64,000 bases of DNA from Antedon mediterranea (taxonomy: Eukaryota; Animalia; Echinodermata). Positions 10,991-24,101 of this stretch are shown here, piece by piece. The notes beneath the pieces were generated by a model. That model was not told the DNA's origin. It ran no database searches and saw nothing but the letters and a program-made list of their open reading frames with translations. The translations under genes were made by a program, and so were the position numbers. How positions within the stretch are numbered: position 1 is the first letter of the stretch; each line of letters begins with the position of its first letter. The stretch lies in NCBI RefSeq assembly GCF_964355755.1, contig NC_092670.1, positions 30,802,388 through 30,866,387 on the forward strand, read 5' to 3'.

Positions 10991-13900
10991 AGTCATGCTG
11001 TGAGACAATTTTTGTTTCTAAATTAGCTGTTGACCGTTCTACCTTATCTGGTGTTGGTTTTGTATTTACTCATTAGCTGAAGGTTTTACTACATTAGCGG
11101 TGGACTGTTTTACATTAACGGCTGTAGCAAGCAGCTACAAGGCTTGGACTTTGCCAAAGCCGATTCACTTTACTTACAGAGTTTTGCTTGTAATTAATGA
11201 TTATCTTACTGTGATATGTCCATCATTATCATTAATAAATAGACAAACTGGATTGGATCGCAGGCGCAACATTAAAACAAATAATAACTATATGCATTAT
11301 TATGCATACTAAACGCTTTTCGATCATTGTTTGTGACAACATACAGTAGATCATTATAACTAAAGGAATTCCATACGTTAATGTTATTTTGCTTAAAAAC
11401 GTCCTTCATTTAGAGCAGTTATCATTGATTGTTCATCCTAACTTACGCAATAAAACCTATTTTGACTCTCCTTATAGAGTTTAAACATTGACGTCAAATA
11501 ATTGGTTTATTATGAGATAACGGAGAACGATGATGTTTGAAATACTAACAGTCTAAGTATTACAGTAGTTATAATGTCTTAAAGTGTGTTGTTTATGGAA
11601 CCAAGAGGTAATAAAACAGTTTTACAAATAACTACAAACAATTGTAATTGCTCAATGTCTATCAGTAAAATGATACGCTACGTTTATTAAACTGATAATG
11701 GGATAATGTCAACGATACAGACTGGTTATGTAGGTCTGGGTGAATCAGACAGCATTCGTCTTGTATCTTAATGTGATTCACTCAATCATTATTTCGACCA
11801 TTCGATATGCAATTTCTTGACATGTTTGTATGGGTTTTTTTTGTTGTTTTTTTTTTGGTTTTTTTTTTCCATATTTGGTCATACTAGTAAATAGACATGC
11901 AAATAGGAAATATGAAAAGTTTGTAAGACCTGGAACAATTTTATATTATAACAATAATGCCTAATAAGGACCGATAATGAGCTAGTAGGTATAGTAGCAT
12001 ATTATATTATTCATCGTACTTTGAAACGTTGAATTGTTTTCTAGAGAGTAATTCGAATTTTACATTTGTGTATTTAGCAATATTATTAATAATATATATA
12101 TATTTTTTTTAATTTTCTTTAAAACAAGAATTCTATAAATAAAAATCGGCTAACAAATTTGCTTTTAAAAATTCTATAAAATAAAACACGGAAAATTCTT
12201 TCTTTTTAAAGCAAAATATTGCTTGAAATAAATATATTTGTACTTGAGAGAATCTCTGGTGTTCTTAGTAAGAACATTATTTTGAGACAAATACGGCTTA
12301 AAACATGAATGTAAAGCATTTAATTCGTAAGAATGTTTTAGAAGAATTGATGCGGTTCATGGTAAGCAAATAAGTATTGAAATACAGAGAAGTCGAAATT
12401 GACTCGTTTAAAGAAATATATTGCTTGAAATCTGTTTAAGCCGTTTAAGTTCGATAAAATCTTTCCCTCGTTTAGGCCTATATATAGACCTAATTGTTGC
12501 TTCCACTGCAATATGTCAACCATGCGCAGTAATTAGTATATTATTTGTAAACATTTTCCAATGGTATTGTGATGTTTATTTGCAATGTAATGTTAATAAA
12601 ACGATGTTTAGTTTTATGTAAACATAATGAACGCATAGACGCAGGTAATTCGTTTTAGATGCGTTATTAGTGTTAAAGTACCGTAGTATATATATATCAA
12701 CCATCACTAACAATGTTCAAGAAAATAGCAATAACGTTAAATCCTAGCTCAGAAACGCTCTACATATAATGAAAGTTCAGAATAATTATTAAACATTCTT
12801 GATCAATATGTTTTTTCTATCAAATAATTTGTTTATCTTCCACTTGTTCATTCATTATTATTGTTGATTCGTGTTTAGTGTTTTAACTAGAATAATTGTA
12901 TGGTTCAAAAAGCAGCTGCTAAAAAATCCAGCTTAGAATATACCAGTTCCACCTTAAACTCATGTATAGCCATATTCATGAATCACAAATGTGATGAATT
13001 AAATAAATAACTTAAATTCTACTTTATTTGTAAAGGAATTCTCTTCTCTTATTTTATATGCCACTTGATGAAGAATGCTAGTTTTCGGTAAGTTTTTTTT
13101 CTTTCATAGCCATAGTGTGAATGGACACTGCAGCATATTATTTCCATTTTCAGTATTATTATTATTACCATCACATAAAAATTGTTGCTTGACGTTAAAA
13201 GTGGCGCAATGTTCATCCATTATTTCACTTTATCACATTGCAGTATTTACAAAGCAAGAACAATCAGTTTTGGAATAGAAAAGACAGCTAATGTATAAAA
13301 CGTCAAGATAAAAAAAATTGGTGAACAAATCTTATTCAATAAACAAACAAATAATGTCTTTAAAACATCTTTTCAAGAGAGCGATTAAAAAAAAAGATAT
13401 GTAAATAATGTCTACATGCACAAAGGACAAAAAACAGCGCCTGATGAAATCACGTTGATAATCGGTTGAAAGTCACGTGTTATCTAAATTTATGATGATA
13501 AACGACAGACTAAAATACTGTGGTAATCTAGAGAAATTAATAAGTAGAGTTTAACATTTGAATTATGAGTCGACGATTTGATACTGTGCGTGATTGTCTG
13601 AGTTTAATCAGCAATGGCGTGTACGTTTGATCTTTCAGAAATGTATTTTGGTATTACATTACGGTAAATACATACAGACTTGGAACGTGTTTCAGGTTGG
13701 ATTGATGAGGTTTGTGAACAATTACATCATCATGAATCTATCTCTACTGTTTGACGACACCGAAACGGAATTAACTTTCAAGAGTTCTACAAACTCGGGG
13801 TATTAGGATACAATGTTCAAAGTCATCTGCATTTTCTTTTACCAACAATAATGTATTATTCATGAACGTGTTTTTCTTCACATTCTATACATAAAACCTA

Positions 13901-16374
13901 ATATTATCATTACTGTTAAACGTAAGTTTGTTCAATTAACCAATATCACTACAAAAATATAATTGTTTTCCAATTAGCAAAATTAAATAATAAAAAACGG
14001 AAACCACTCGACGAAAATAAGTATTACTTCTGTAGGTCTTTACTATGAATTGATTTTCCTGCTAACATTGTAGATCCATATCAAAATGAGGCGGAGATTC
14101 TCCGATATTAAGGAATCGGAGAGACCATGATTATTCCATTGACGATGCCTTTCTGGTGGTTTCTTCATTTTTGTTCTTGCTGTGTATTGTATGATATTCA
14201 AACAAGCGGAAACTTATTTTACATAACATGTTAAGTACACAGTAACGTACAGTTTTATTCTAATGTATCAACAATATTTTAAGAAAAGTCTGACGAATGG
14301 CAATACTCAGGGTACTTCATCCCATAATTTATTTTTTTTATTGAATAAATAAAAAAATACTAATACACAATTTAGGGGTATTACGCCGTGTAACCCCGAC
14401 TGAAGAAAGAAGCCGTTTTGTTTTAAATTATTCAAAGTCAACTAAGCATTTGACGATTGACAACCTCATTGATGTTAAGCATTTCAGGCTATGAGCTAAA
14501 AAATATGTATCTGATCTAATTATGGGATTATTAAAAATACGTTATCCAGCTTCATAGAATTACAAAGTACAATCAATTAATGTACTATTCGGATCATATC
14601 AGATTAACTTTTGAAAGCGAATCTGAGCTTTACACTTACAAATGACGTCGAGATGAGTTGCACTGGTGCGATCAAAATGTACATGAGACGGAATATAGGA
14701 AAATAAACTAGTAATTTCTACTAATTCAATAATTATGTAAAGTATACTCCAACATTTTCCATTATGCTAATTCCATATGAGTCATGTATAAGGATACAGA
14801 CGTCACATGAGAAACACATGAGATACTATATCAAGGAATTTGCGTATAAGCCTCTGGAAAAAGTTGCTACAGTAAGCCTACTGGCTGGTTTGAGGGTTTT
14901 TCTTTCACTGAAAGGGTACAAAATCAGAATATAAATCAAGGAATTGGTAAACAAGCATCAATTACGCTAGTGTCATTCATAAACTTGTTCAAAATATCAT
15001 CCACAATTATTCAGAATCGTTCAATGATTCAGAAATGCCATATGTATCTTGAGGAGACACTTAGGCCCGAGAATACATTCTAAATTACATGAATTACAGT
15101 TTCCTCTAGCATCACCTATAGACTCATGAACCTAAATTAAAGGTAAGAATTAACAATAATATATTTGTGTGTTTAATGTAATGGTGTTATTTCAAGCTGA
15201 CAGGTTTGGTTTGTAGCCAGACTAATGTCGATTAGCTAGCCGCCTAGAGAACAATCCATAACCCCTCTGTTCATTTGAAACTTATCACTAATGGGATTCC
15301 ATAGAAGAGTTGATGGTAAAGTGTATCCTATGGGCGTCAAAATAACACCCTATAATTGGATGTATCATCTAATGTATACCATTGTCATGCAGTTTCACTC
15401 AGATAGCGGTTTCGGTTATGTTAAGTTCATGCATTCGATGTGTTTTATTTTAATCGTTTTGATTGTTTGATTTTGTTTGGATCAATGTGTTATAAATTAG
15501 AGGGGATACGTTAAAAATGTAAGACCAAAAAGAAAGAAATCAACGATATAAAACATGGTTCATAAAAGAATCGACGTTTATGCTTGCTAAATTGTAGATA
15601 ACAGTCCGATGAAATGTACTATTCAAATAAATACTGTCCGAATTGGTATAATTAATACATTATTCCGCGACACAGTGAGCCGTGTTAGCATAAGAAGGAA
15701 GACGTTTTAGACTGCTTGCAACATGGGCAGAAGTATCCCGGGGTCCTAACGGGACACAGGTAGCGCACAGTATACATAAAGTGCTGTCACAACTCGGCTA
15801 TTTCATTCGATTTCAAACAAAAGCTGTTATCATCTCAGTTCTCGCGATGTAATTTTATATACTTATTCCCCACAATATACTCTTTTTTTTTTTATAAATA
15901 TATTTAATTTGATCTTTATTAATGTACTACTGTACCTTCACACGCGCGGTCCGAAAATAAACAAAAAACTAAAATGGCTATCGCCACCAACGGCCAACTT
16001 AATTGAAACCTACCATGCCGGAAGTTGCAAGGTAATTGACACACCTTACCGTGAACCCGGAAATTTGTACTTCTACCGCGGGTAGAGTTAAAAATCTACC
16101 AATGAAATAAAAAAATGTTGTTATAAAAACCCTTTATATATCTTCCTAAGATAGAAATATGGAACAATATTGTAATAGTGGAAACTAATGTTATCAAATC
16201 TACGTTTCGTGGTACATCTGAGATAGATAAGGTAGGTATCCAAGGCGGAGATTTGTCTCGAAGTTTTTCCATTGTTCTCGCCTATGTCAGAATTAACCAT
16301 AATTTATATACTGTATAGATGCTTTGGTTAAATGTTAGTTTGTTGGTAGAATTGGTTTTGTTTTGTCTGGTGGC

Positions 16375-17361
16375 AATCTAACAACCAGGCAACCAACCGA
16401 GCAGATAATCAAAGAACTAGGCACCATAAGTAACAATCAACCAGACAACCAACCAAGCAGGTAATTTAACAACCAGGCAACCAACCCAACAACCAACAGA
16501 TAACACAACGCAAGAAAACAAACAGTAATCAACCAGACAACCAACCAACCATCAAGTAATTTAAGAACCGGGCAACCAAAGATGTGATCCAACAACCAGC
16601 AGGTAACCAAAAGCAAGAAAACAAACAGTAATCGGCCAACCAAGCAGGTAATCTATAAAAACAAGGCAATCAAACAACCAGACAAGCCAAAGCATGTAGA
16701 CAGACAGTAATCAACAATCAACCAACCAAGCAGGTAATCTATAAAAACAAGGCAATCAAACAACCAGACAAGCCAAAGCATGTAGACAGACAGTAATCAA
16801 CAATCAACCAACCAAGCAGGTAATCTATAAAAACAAGGGAATCAAATAACCACACAAGCCAAAGCATGTAGACAGACAGTAATCAACAATCAACCAACCA
16901 AGCAGGTAATCTATAAAAACAAGGCAATCAAACAACCAGACAAGCCAAAGCATGTAGACAGACAGTAATCAACAATCAACCAACCAATCAGGTAATCTAT
17001 AAAAGCAAGGCAATCAAACAACCAGACAAGCCAAAGCATGTAGACAGACAGTAATCAACAACCAATACAGCAGGTAATCTATAAAAGCAAGACAACATAC
17101 AGGTGAACGGCCGTGTCATCAAACATCCAGACAAGCCAAAGCATGTAGACAGACATTAATCAAAAATCAACCAAGCAGGTAATCTACCAACCAGACAACC
17201 AACATGCAACCAGATAACATAATTAGACAGACAGTAATCAACCAGACAACCAACCAATCAGGTAGCCTAATCTAGCAACAAGGAAGCCAATGACCAACAA
17301 CCGGACTACTACTATCTGGTTGATTGCTGTCTGCTTGCACAGGTTGCCTGGTTGTTAGATT
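16375..17361. repeat. A/C-rich minisatellite (86-bp core unit, ~6 copies at 16640-17180) bounded by a perfect 20-bp inverted repeat
   Basis: (G/T)CAGGTAATCT recurs at 16644, 16730, 16816, 16902, 16988 and 17070. AATCTAACAACCAGGCAACC (16375-16394) is the reverse complement of 17342-17361. Confidence 0.85.
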
Positions 17362-19147
17362 ACATTCTTGGTGGTTTTTCATGGTTGATTTTTGTTTGTT
17401 TTCCTTGGGTTGTCTGGTTGTTTTATAAATTACGACACCTGGATGGTTAATAGCTTGTTTTTTATGTGATGAAACAACGCGTACATCCACCCTTACTACG
17501 AGGTATGGTATATCATATCAACATTGAAATTATTTATATTCAAAACAATAAATACACTAACCGCATATGCTTTATTTTCGATAAACATGTAACCGAATCG
17601 CCATCGTACTTAGACGAGACAATTTTATTAAATCAATAATGTTATATTTGAAATATATTTACTCATTATTCTATAAATATTCATTAAATCAGTATCAACG
17701 TAGATTTGTCTTCGCTGAGGCATAGGCCTAGTTATATTAAATAAACAAGATATATTCAACATAAATTTATAAAATCTATTTTGAAACTAGACTATTATTT
17801 TCTATGAATAATAGTATCAAGGCCATTCTTCACTTTGGCATGTTTAATAAATCTGTAACGGAATTCTGATTTGAAATCCCATAAAGCGTTGTAGCACATT
17901 TGTGATTTGCCACTCATACTATGAATTATAACGCGTTTAAATAGTTTTTGACGCGTTTATTGCACATTTAAACATGGTTATGACGTGTTAAATTTCTTAC
18001 ATGTTATGATGACGATTTTATGACTTTAGAATAACAAGTCTCAGTTTAGATCTCAATATTAAACCTTGATATTCTTCAAAAGTAAAACATGAGAAAATAC
18101 AGATAATACAAAAAGTTACAAAAGGGTTCGGTTATATTTAATTAATTCTCACAGATTGTTGTCAACTGTTATATTTTATTTGTTAAATTTGTTTCGAGGG
18201 TCCCTAAAAATCAGCCTCATTAAACATTGTTGAAATAATTGAATAAAATAAACAAATATTATGTTGTTCTCAAGCCTATACTAATGTGATCGTAATATCT
18301 TGATTTAAACTATAGTTGACATTTTATTTTTTGTGTTTTTCTTTAAACCGTTTTGTAACTGTATCCTACAGGGTTGTATTTATAAACTATTTATTGTAAG
18401 AAACTTATACTTCAGTCTCAACGTGTGCTAATATAAGTACTGTAGTTTAGCTTTAGTGTTAAAGCGATGAATTCATTTTATGCCATTTTAAATTAGATGA
18501 GAAAACAAACCTAAATCAAATTAAAAAATTATATATTCCTAGAAATTCTATTTTTATGCATTTTCGATTAAAAATCAGATTTCGACGAAAACATATTTTA
18601 ATAATCAGTACGTTAAACTTAAAGTATGCTTAAAGACATCTCATCCTCCGTTCGTTAACATCATATTTTTGTTTAAAAGCGAGATATTGTTAGGAAATTT
18701 TAATGTTTGGCGAAGCAGCAGAATTGAAGTAAATAATTAGCCTATGGCAAATTATAAAATATACATGCAGTATAGGTATTCTTGCGATATGATTTAGAAG
18801 AAAATTAAGATTAAATTTAAAGACTATTAATAACGATCGTCAACGACATTACGTATTGACAAACAAGGACGCACGAAAATATCTGTCATGTATTTTTTTT
18901 ACCTGCCCTTTTCGTAAACCCGACGTGCCAACCTTGAGCCGATGTGCCTAAAGTTGTTTTTTGTGTGTTTAAGTTTCATTTTTTAATTGAAATATATCAT
19001 TTGAGGCTGACAATTCATTGTTATGCCGGATTTAATTTAACAATTAGACAAAAAGAGTGAAAGTGTAGGTTTAAAATGTAAATTCATTCCACGGTTTGAA
19101 TTGAAAGCCTTTTAAACACCATGCATTTTAGTATTACACAGTATAAT

Positions 19148-19169
19148 CAGGGAGTTCTACAACTCCCTG
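19148..19169. mobile_element. 22-bp palindromic micro-element
   Basis: CAGGGAGTT-CTAC-AACTCCCTG flanked by the near-direct repeats GTATAAT / ATATAAT. Confidence 0.45.
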
Positions 19170-19276
19170 ATATAATACTCCAACATTAACGAGTAATGAG
19201 TTCGATGTTTTAAAGTATAGCGTAAGGTCTACACTAACCAAATTCGCATGTCGACAGCAAAAAATGCGTTTTTTTT

Positions 19277-19480
19277 TCTTTCTTTCATTTATTTGGCATC
19301 TCAATAAATAACATTAAAAATACATCAATAATATATATAATCACCTTAAATATTAAAATACATCAAAAAAGCAAATAAAAATGGCGGGATTAATGAAGTC
19401 TGACGATGCACGGGAAAACACATAAAGTCGTTTAAAGTAAAACAACTTAATTCCAATGTGGTCCCTAAAAATATAGTAAT
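19277..19480 (-). mobile_element. Possible 5'-truncated LINE 3' tail
   Basis: Minus strand is T-rich and 3'UTR-like, ending AATAAATGAAAGAAAG. No coding remnant. Confidence 0.3.
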
Positions 19481-19965
19481 TATAATTTTAACAAAACAAA
19501 TATTATAAGACGGGGTTCATAAATATATAAGCAGGATTTAATTAAGCCTCCTATGGTATGTAACTGTTTTTGTTTTTTTTTTAATAATATAAAATTCCTT
19601 CACGATTCATCGAGTGATAAGTAATAGTATATCGGTGTGCCAATATTGATTTGTACTTTGCATTTAAAGCAATTAAAATGAGTGTCTTAACCTAACTTCT
19701 GATTGTTATAGTGGTGTGATGCAGCAACGTTGATCAATTTTGTTATTAACATTCTTACAATTGAAGTGTCATCAACTAATACTGTATAGTTAATGACGGT
19801 CGATTCAGGTGTTATCTTCCTTCCATCTCTACTCTAGGCAGACGAATTCGACGCGCGCTTCTACAGACAGTCACAGTCTCAATTATTAGAACAGACGACG
19901 TTCGATAATTCTTCACAAAATGATTTGTTTGGATCACTGACTTGCAGATAAGTATCACTTTCCTA

Positions 19966-20125
19966 AGCTCTGTCTACACTATCATACTAGTTCGACCAAA
20001 AAGTGTGATGTGCCTAAATTGTTGTAGTGATATACCCAAATACGGTAGATGACATAATCATGACCATATATGCCTATGGCACATCATATTTTGTTGTCAC
20101 ATAAAGTTTGAGAGTGTACAGAGCT
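19966..20125. mobile_element. PIF/Harbinger-like MITE
   Basis: AGCTCTGTCTACACT ... AGTGTACAGAGCT TIRs, inner IR (TGATGTGCC / GGCACATCA), TAA/TTA-type flanks. Confidence 0.65.
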
Positions 20126-23011
20126 TAATGATTTACTTTATCAAAACATGAATAGATATAAAATGACTTAGAGGAGACAGGCCTTGTTATTGTATTTGCC
20201 TTTCTTTTCATATGTCACATTATTACGTTGAAAGTCAATCCATTCATCCACCAGCATTTCTTAACTCTTCGCATTTTATTCTTAAAGTAAATATATTAAT
20301 TTCTTTTCTTTTAGCATGGTTTTATTTTATTTTTTTAAATTATTAATATTATCACTTATTCCAACTATGTGACCCCTACTTTTTGTTGACTGTTTTTATT
20401 ATAATAATGAATTATCCCGGTATCTCATTAGAGAGAATAGGCATATAGCAATTTGTTTTTACGAGTTGGGAACTCTTCTGGAGAGGAGAAAAACACCATG
20501 TGAAGCATGCGAGGTAGGACAACAGCAATATAAACAACTATGGTACGTACGGTAGTTTTGAAATTCAACAAAATATTTAACAAACACAAAAATAATCCTC
20601 TTCCCTTAATTTGCTTTTTCGTGAATGTCGTCTATCGGCGGTAAAAACTAAGTTTTTAAAAATTACGTGTCGCCTCTGTTACAATTGATACTTGTGCACT
20701 AGTTTGTCTGTGCACACCTGTTTGTGCACATCTTGGTACAGTAATACGTATTACATAATGACTGCATACTACTATTGCGTAATCAATTATACAGCGCGTT
20801 GCGCCCTCTACATTATACGAAGTAGAAAAAACTTCACACCAATTATATTCTCATTGTTTTCGATGACGAAATGAATGACACATTTTAGAGAGAAAATCTT
20901 AATGCATTAATTTATAAACATTTTCTTTTATGACTGTTAAAGAATAATTAACAGTTGCATACTGTAAACAGTGGTAAAAGTTTTAAAGGTTAAATCAATA
21001 AAGCAGAATTCATTTGGAATTAACGATACAGTATAAATAAAATTGCAATCAAACAAATAGTAGACTGAACTTTCGCCTATTAATTCACATAAACTTTTAG
21101 CCTATTCTCTATGAAGTTTGGCCAGTATCATATGTAAATTCCACTATACAGCACCACATATGAAACATATAAGGTCTGTAGAGCCTGTAACTTAAAAGCA
21201 CTGATAATCGTGTGTAAAATGTGCAGTACCACATTGATCGATCAATTAAAAGGCTATCTCAGCGTAATTCCAATACCATTATGATAATTACAGTTTACTT
21301 GAATTCCATAATGGATTTCTAAATTGAAAGATCAAAGAATACCGACGTATTTAAACAATTTTAAAAGTTCTAATGCTTAAGCGACAAAGGTAAGGAAATA
21401 ATGCATGGAATGAATCCTGTTAACGTATTAGAAAATAGAGGGCGCTATATTAATTTACAATAAATAAAATTGAGAATTGTTTAAATAATGTAAGGCACAT
21501 ACACATTCTTGCTGATTCACAAAAGTTCCAACTTTAAGAAAAATTTACACCTCTTTGATGTTGCTTATACTTTATTGCCAAGGCTTCATTATATATCGAT
21601 GATATGGCCTTATCATATTATTAGCATAAGTTCACAAATCAGAAGACATCCCTATGACAATTAAAATTATATTTCAAAGGCAAATGGCAAATGAGAAATG
21701 CTAACCTGCAAAGCAGAGGAACAAACACAAATTGGGAACGGTAATAACGAAAAAAGTTGAGAGTGGAGCATTAGTACGCTGTCTTCATGTCATTTAAGAC
21801 AATCGTAGGCCTACATAAACAGGTCCACGGGGATGAGTAATTGTTATTTTGAATTAGTCTGTTAAAATGCTGTTCAATCCAGGTCGATAACGCTTTTATG
21901 TTACATTAACTGGCACTATTTGTGGATCGTCTGTGTTCCTTTGCCTTATATATTTCTAAAAGCAATTTGCGTCCTTTGATCTAACATTAAGGTTACCGTA
22001 CTAACTGATCTACGTTTTATCGGTGTGTTTAAATCTTTAATGTATTTCACGGGACTGCAGCTATTGTGGAATTGTGAAACATAAAAAGAAATAATTGTCT
22101 TGTCGGCATATCAAGTGGATTTCAACGGTTTTATATTCTAACAAAATAGCTTTTATAGATTGTTTAAAAGTATTGATCATTATTGTATTAACAAGAATAA
22201 TTATTTCTGATCAATGTATTTCTGAGACGAACTGAAGAGAAAATTCGAATTTAAATAAAGCGCTCTGACCGATTTGGTAGGAAAGCGGCAGAGGTCGAGG
22301 TCGACACAGTAACTCGACATTTGAATAAGCCGGCACTAATAATTTTTCTTTAAATCAATAGGCATGTGGTCAGTTGATAATTGATAAATAAAGTGGTAAC
22401 GTTACAAGCAAGAAAATACACTTACATACAGACGCAAATGGAAAATTTTAACATTGTAAAACCATCTGGTATCGGTGTTATTTAAGTATGTACGGTGTTA
22501 TTTAGGTATATACGGTATGACGTAACGGTAACTACAGGGTTATTAATGATTTATTCATTCATTCATCTTTTTATTTCAGAATATCATGGTGACATAATAT
22601 ATCCATAGCAAAAGAGAAAAAAAAATCTTAATCTAAGAGCTCATAGAACAAAAACAAAAATATATATAAAAAGACAATGCAACAAGGCATACCATTGTAT
22701 GTTCATTTAGTTTCCATTAATGTTCATGAATTAATTATTTGATTGATAATTTTTTTCTGGCAATTAATAGGCTTAATTTGTGTCAGCAACTCAATTGCTT
22801 ATTGACCACCTAAACCCTAATTCTGACTGGCGATAGTCAGTTAAATTCTATTTAGCGACAGCTGCAAAATCAGGTGATTCTCCAATGAGAATATCTGCAA
22901 GTCTGTCAGTGCGTAAATGACCATAAGTTGTAAGAATAGACTTGAATAGCCTAGGCCTATATGTTAAAATCCCGGATTCATTCGGTAGTACACTCAGCAA
23001 TACATTACCGG

Positions 23012-24101
23012 CAGGCCCGTAGCCAGGGGTGGGGGGGGGGGTTTATGGTTCGAACCCCACCCCTCCCCCCCCCCCCTTTAGAGCGAACCCCCCCTTAAGC
23101 GACTGCGAACCCCCATTCCCGACATGCCCAATACCTCACCCTCATCTCCGAAAATCGTCCAAATACGTGCCCCACAGTACAACAAGTTGTTCGTAAATTG
23201 AAAAATTCGTAAACTCGTTCGAAATAACTCATACAGTACCTTCTTCCCTGTATGAGCGTACTTCGAGCGATAGGCCTACGTGTCTGTAAATTTCTAAGAG
23301 TTGCAAATGAATTGCCGATTTTAACCTGAAAAATAAATATTTGGTCCCTGCATGTAACATGATATTGACGCGTCTCACAGCGAGCTGGGGCACGAACGAT
23401 TCGTACAAAGGACACCGCCAGACAACTGCGTACCAATTGTTTAGATCACTGGCAGTCAGACAGCATGCATAAAGTATATAGCCTTCCGACATACATCGGT
23501 ATTTATGTGTGGCTATGAAGTGTAATGTATCATAGAGGATTATAGTGAATATTAATATTTTACACTATAATATCTATGGTATCATGTACTGTAGTTCACA
23601 TTATGGCATCCGATTATTTTTTTCTAGACCACCAGCCGATACGTACTCAAATGTATCAATATCACCTATTTACATTGGCATAATTAATTTCCTCAACAAA
23701 TTGCTGTAAATAAATATTATAGATAGAGCTATAATAAGAATTGCATTTGCCTTCACCCAGTGTGCTTTTTTCGGGGCTTCTCCTAGACGTACGTTCGCAT
23801 TGAACTTGAACGCAAAATAAAATACCGAGTAAATGATCAAACAATCGGCGGTTCCGCACAGAGCACGCGCATCTAACATACAGCAACAAATGTTATCGTT
23901 TAAATAGTCCACGAGTCCATGTACGATCGTTTTGCTCATTGGTAGCATGCTGCATGAGAGTGTCTTTTCCGGCCATCTAGGGGTGTCATTTAACAAAATT
24001 CGCTTCGCCTCAGGCCCCACCCCATGGGGGGGGGGGGGGGGGTGGTGACCCAAATACTTAGTGTCCGAACCCCCCCTTGACAAATCCTGGCTATGGCCCT
24101 G
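23012..24101. mobile_element. Non-autonomous hAT-like element with a 5-bp TSD
   Basis: CAGGCCCGTAGCCAGG ... CCTGGCTATGGCCCTG TIRs, TSD ACCGG (23007-23011 / 24102-24106), subterminal G- and C-runs with CGAACCCCC motifs. Confidence 0.8.

Noticed and set aside
13437-13480. CTGATGA ... GAAA possible second hammerhead
   Set aside because: Weak stem II, no stem III between GAAA and the cleavage triplet, and no convincing stem I.
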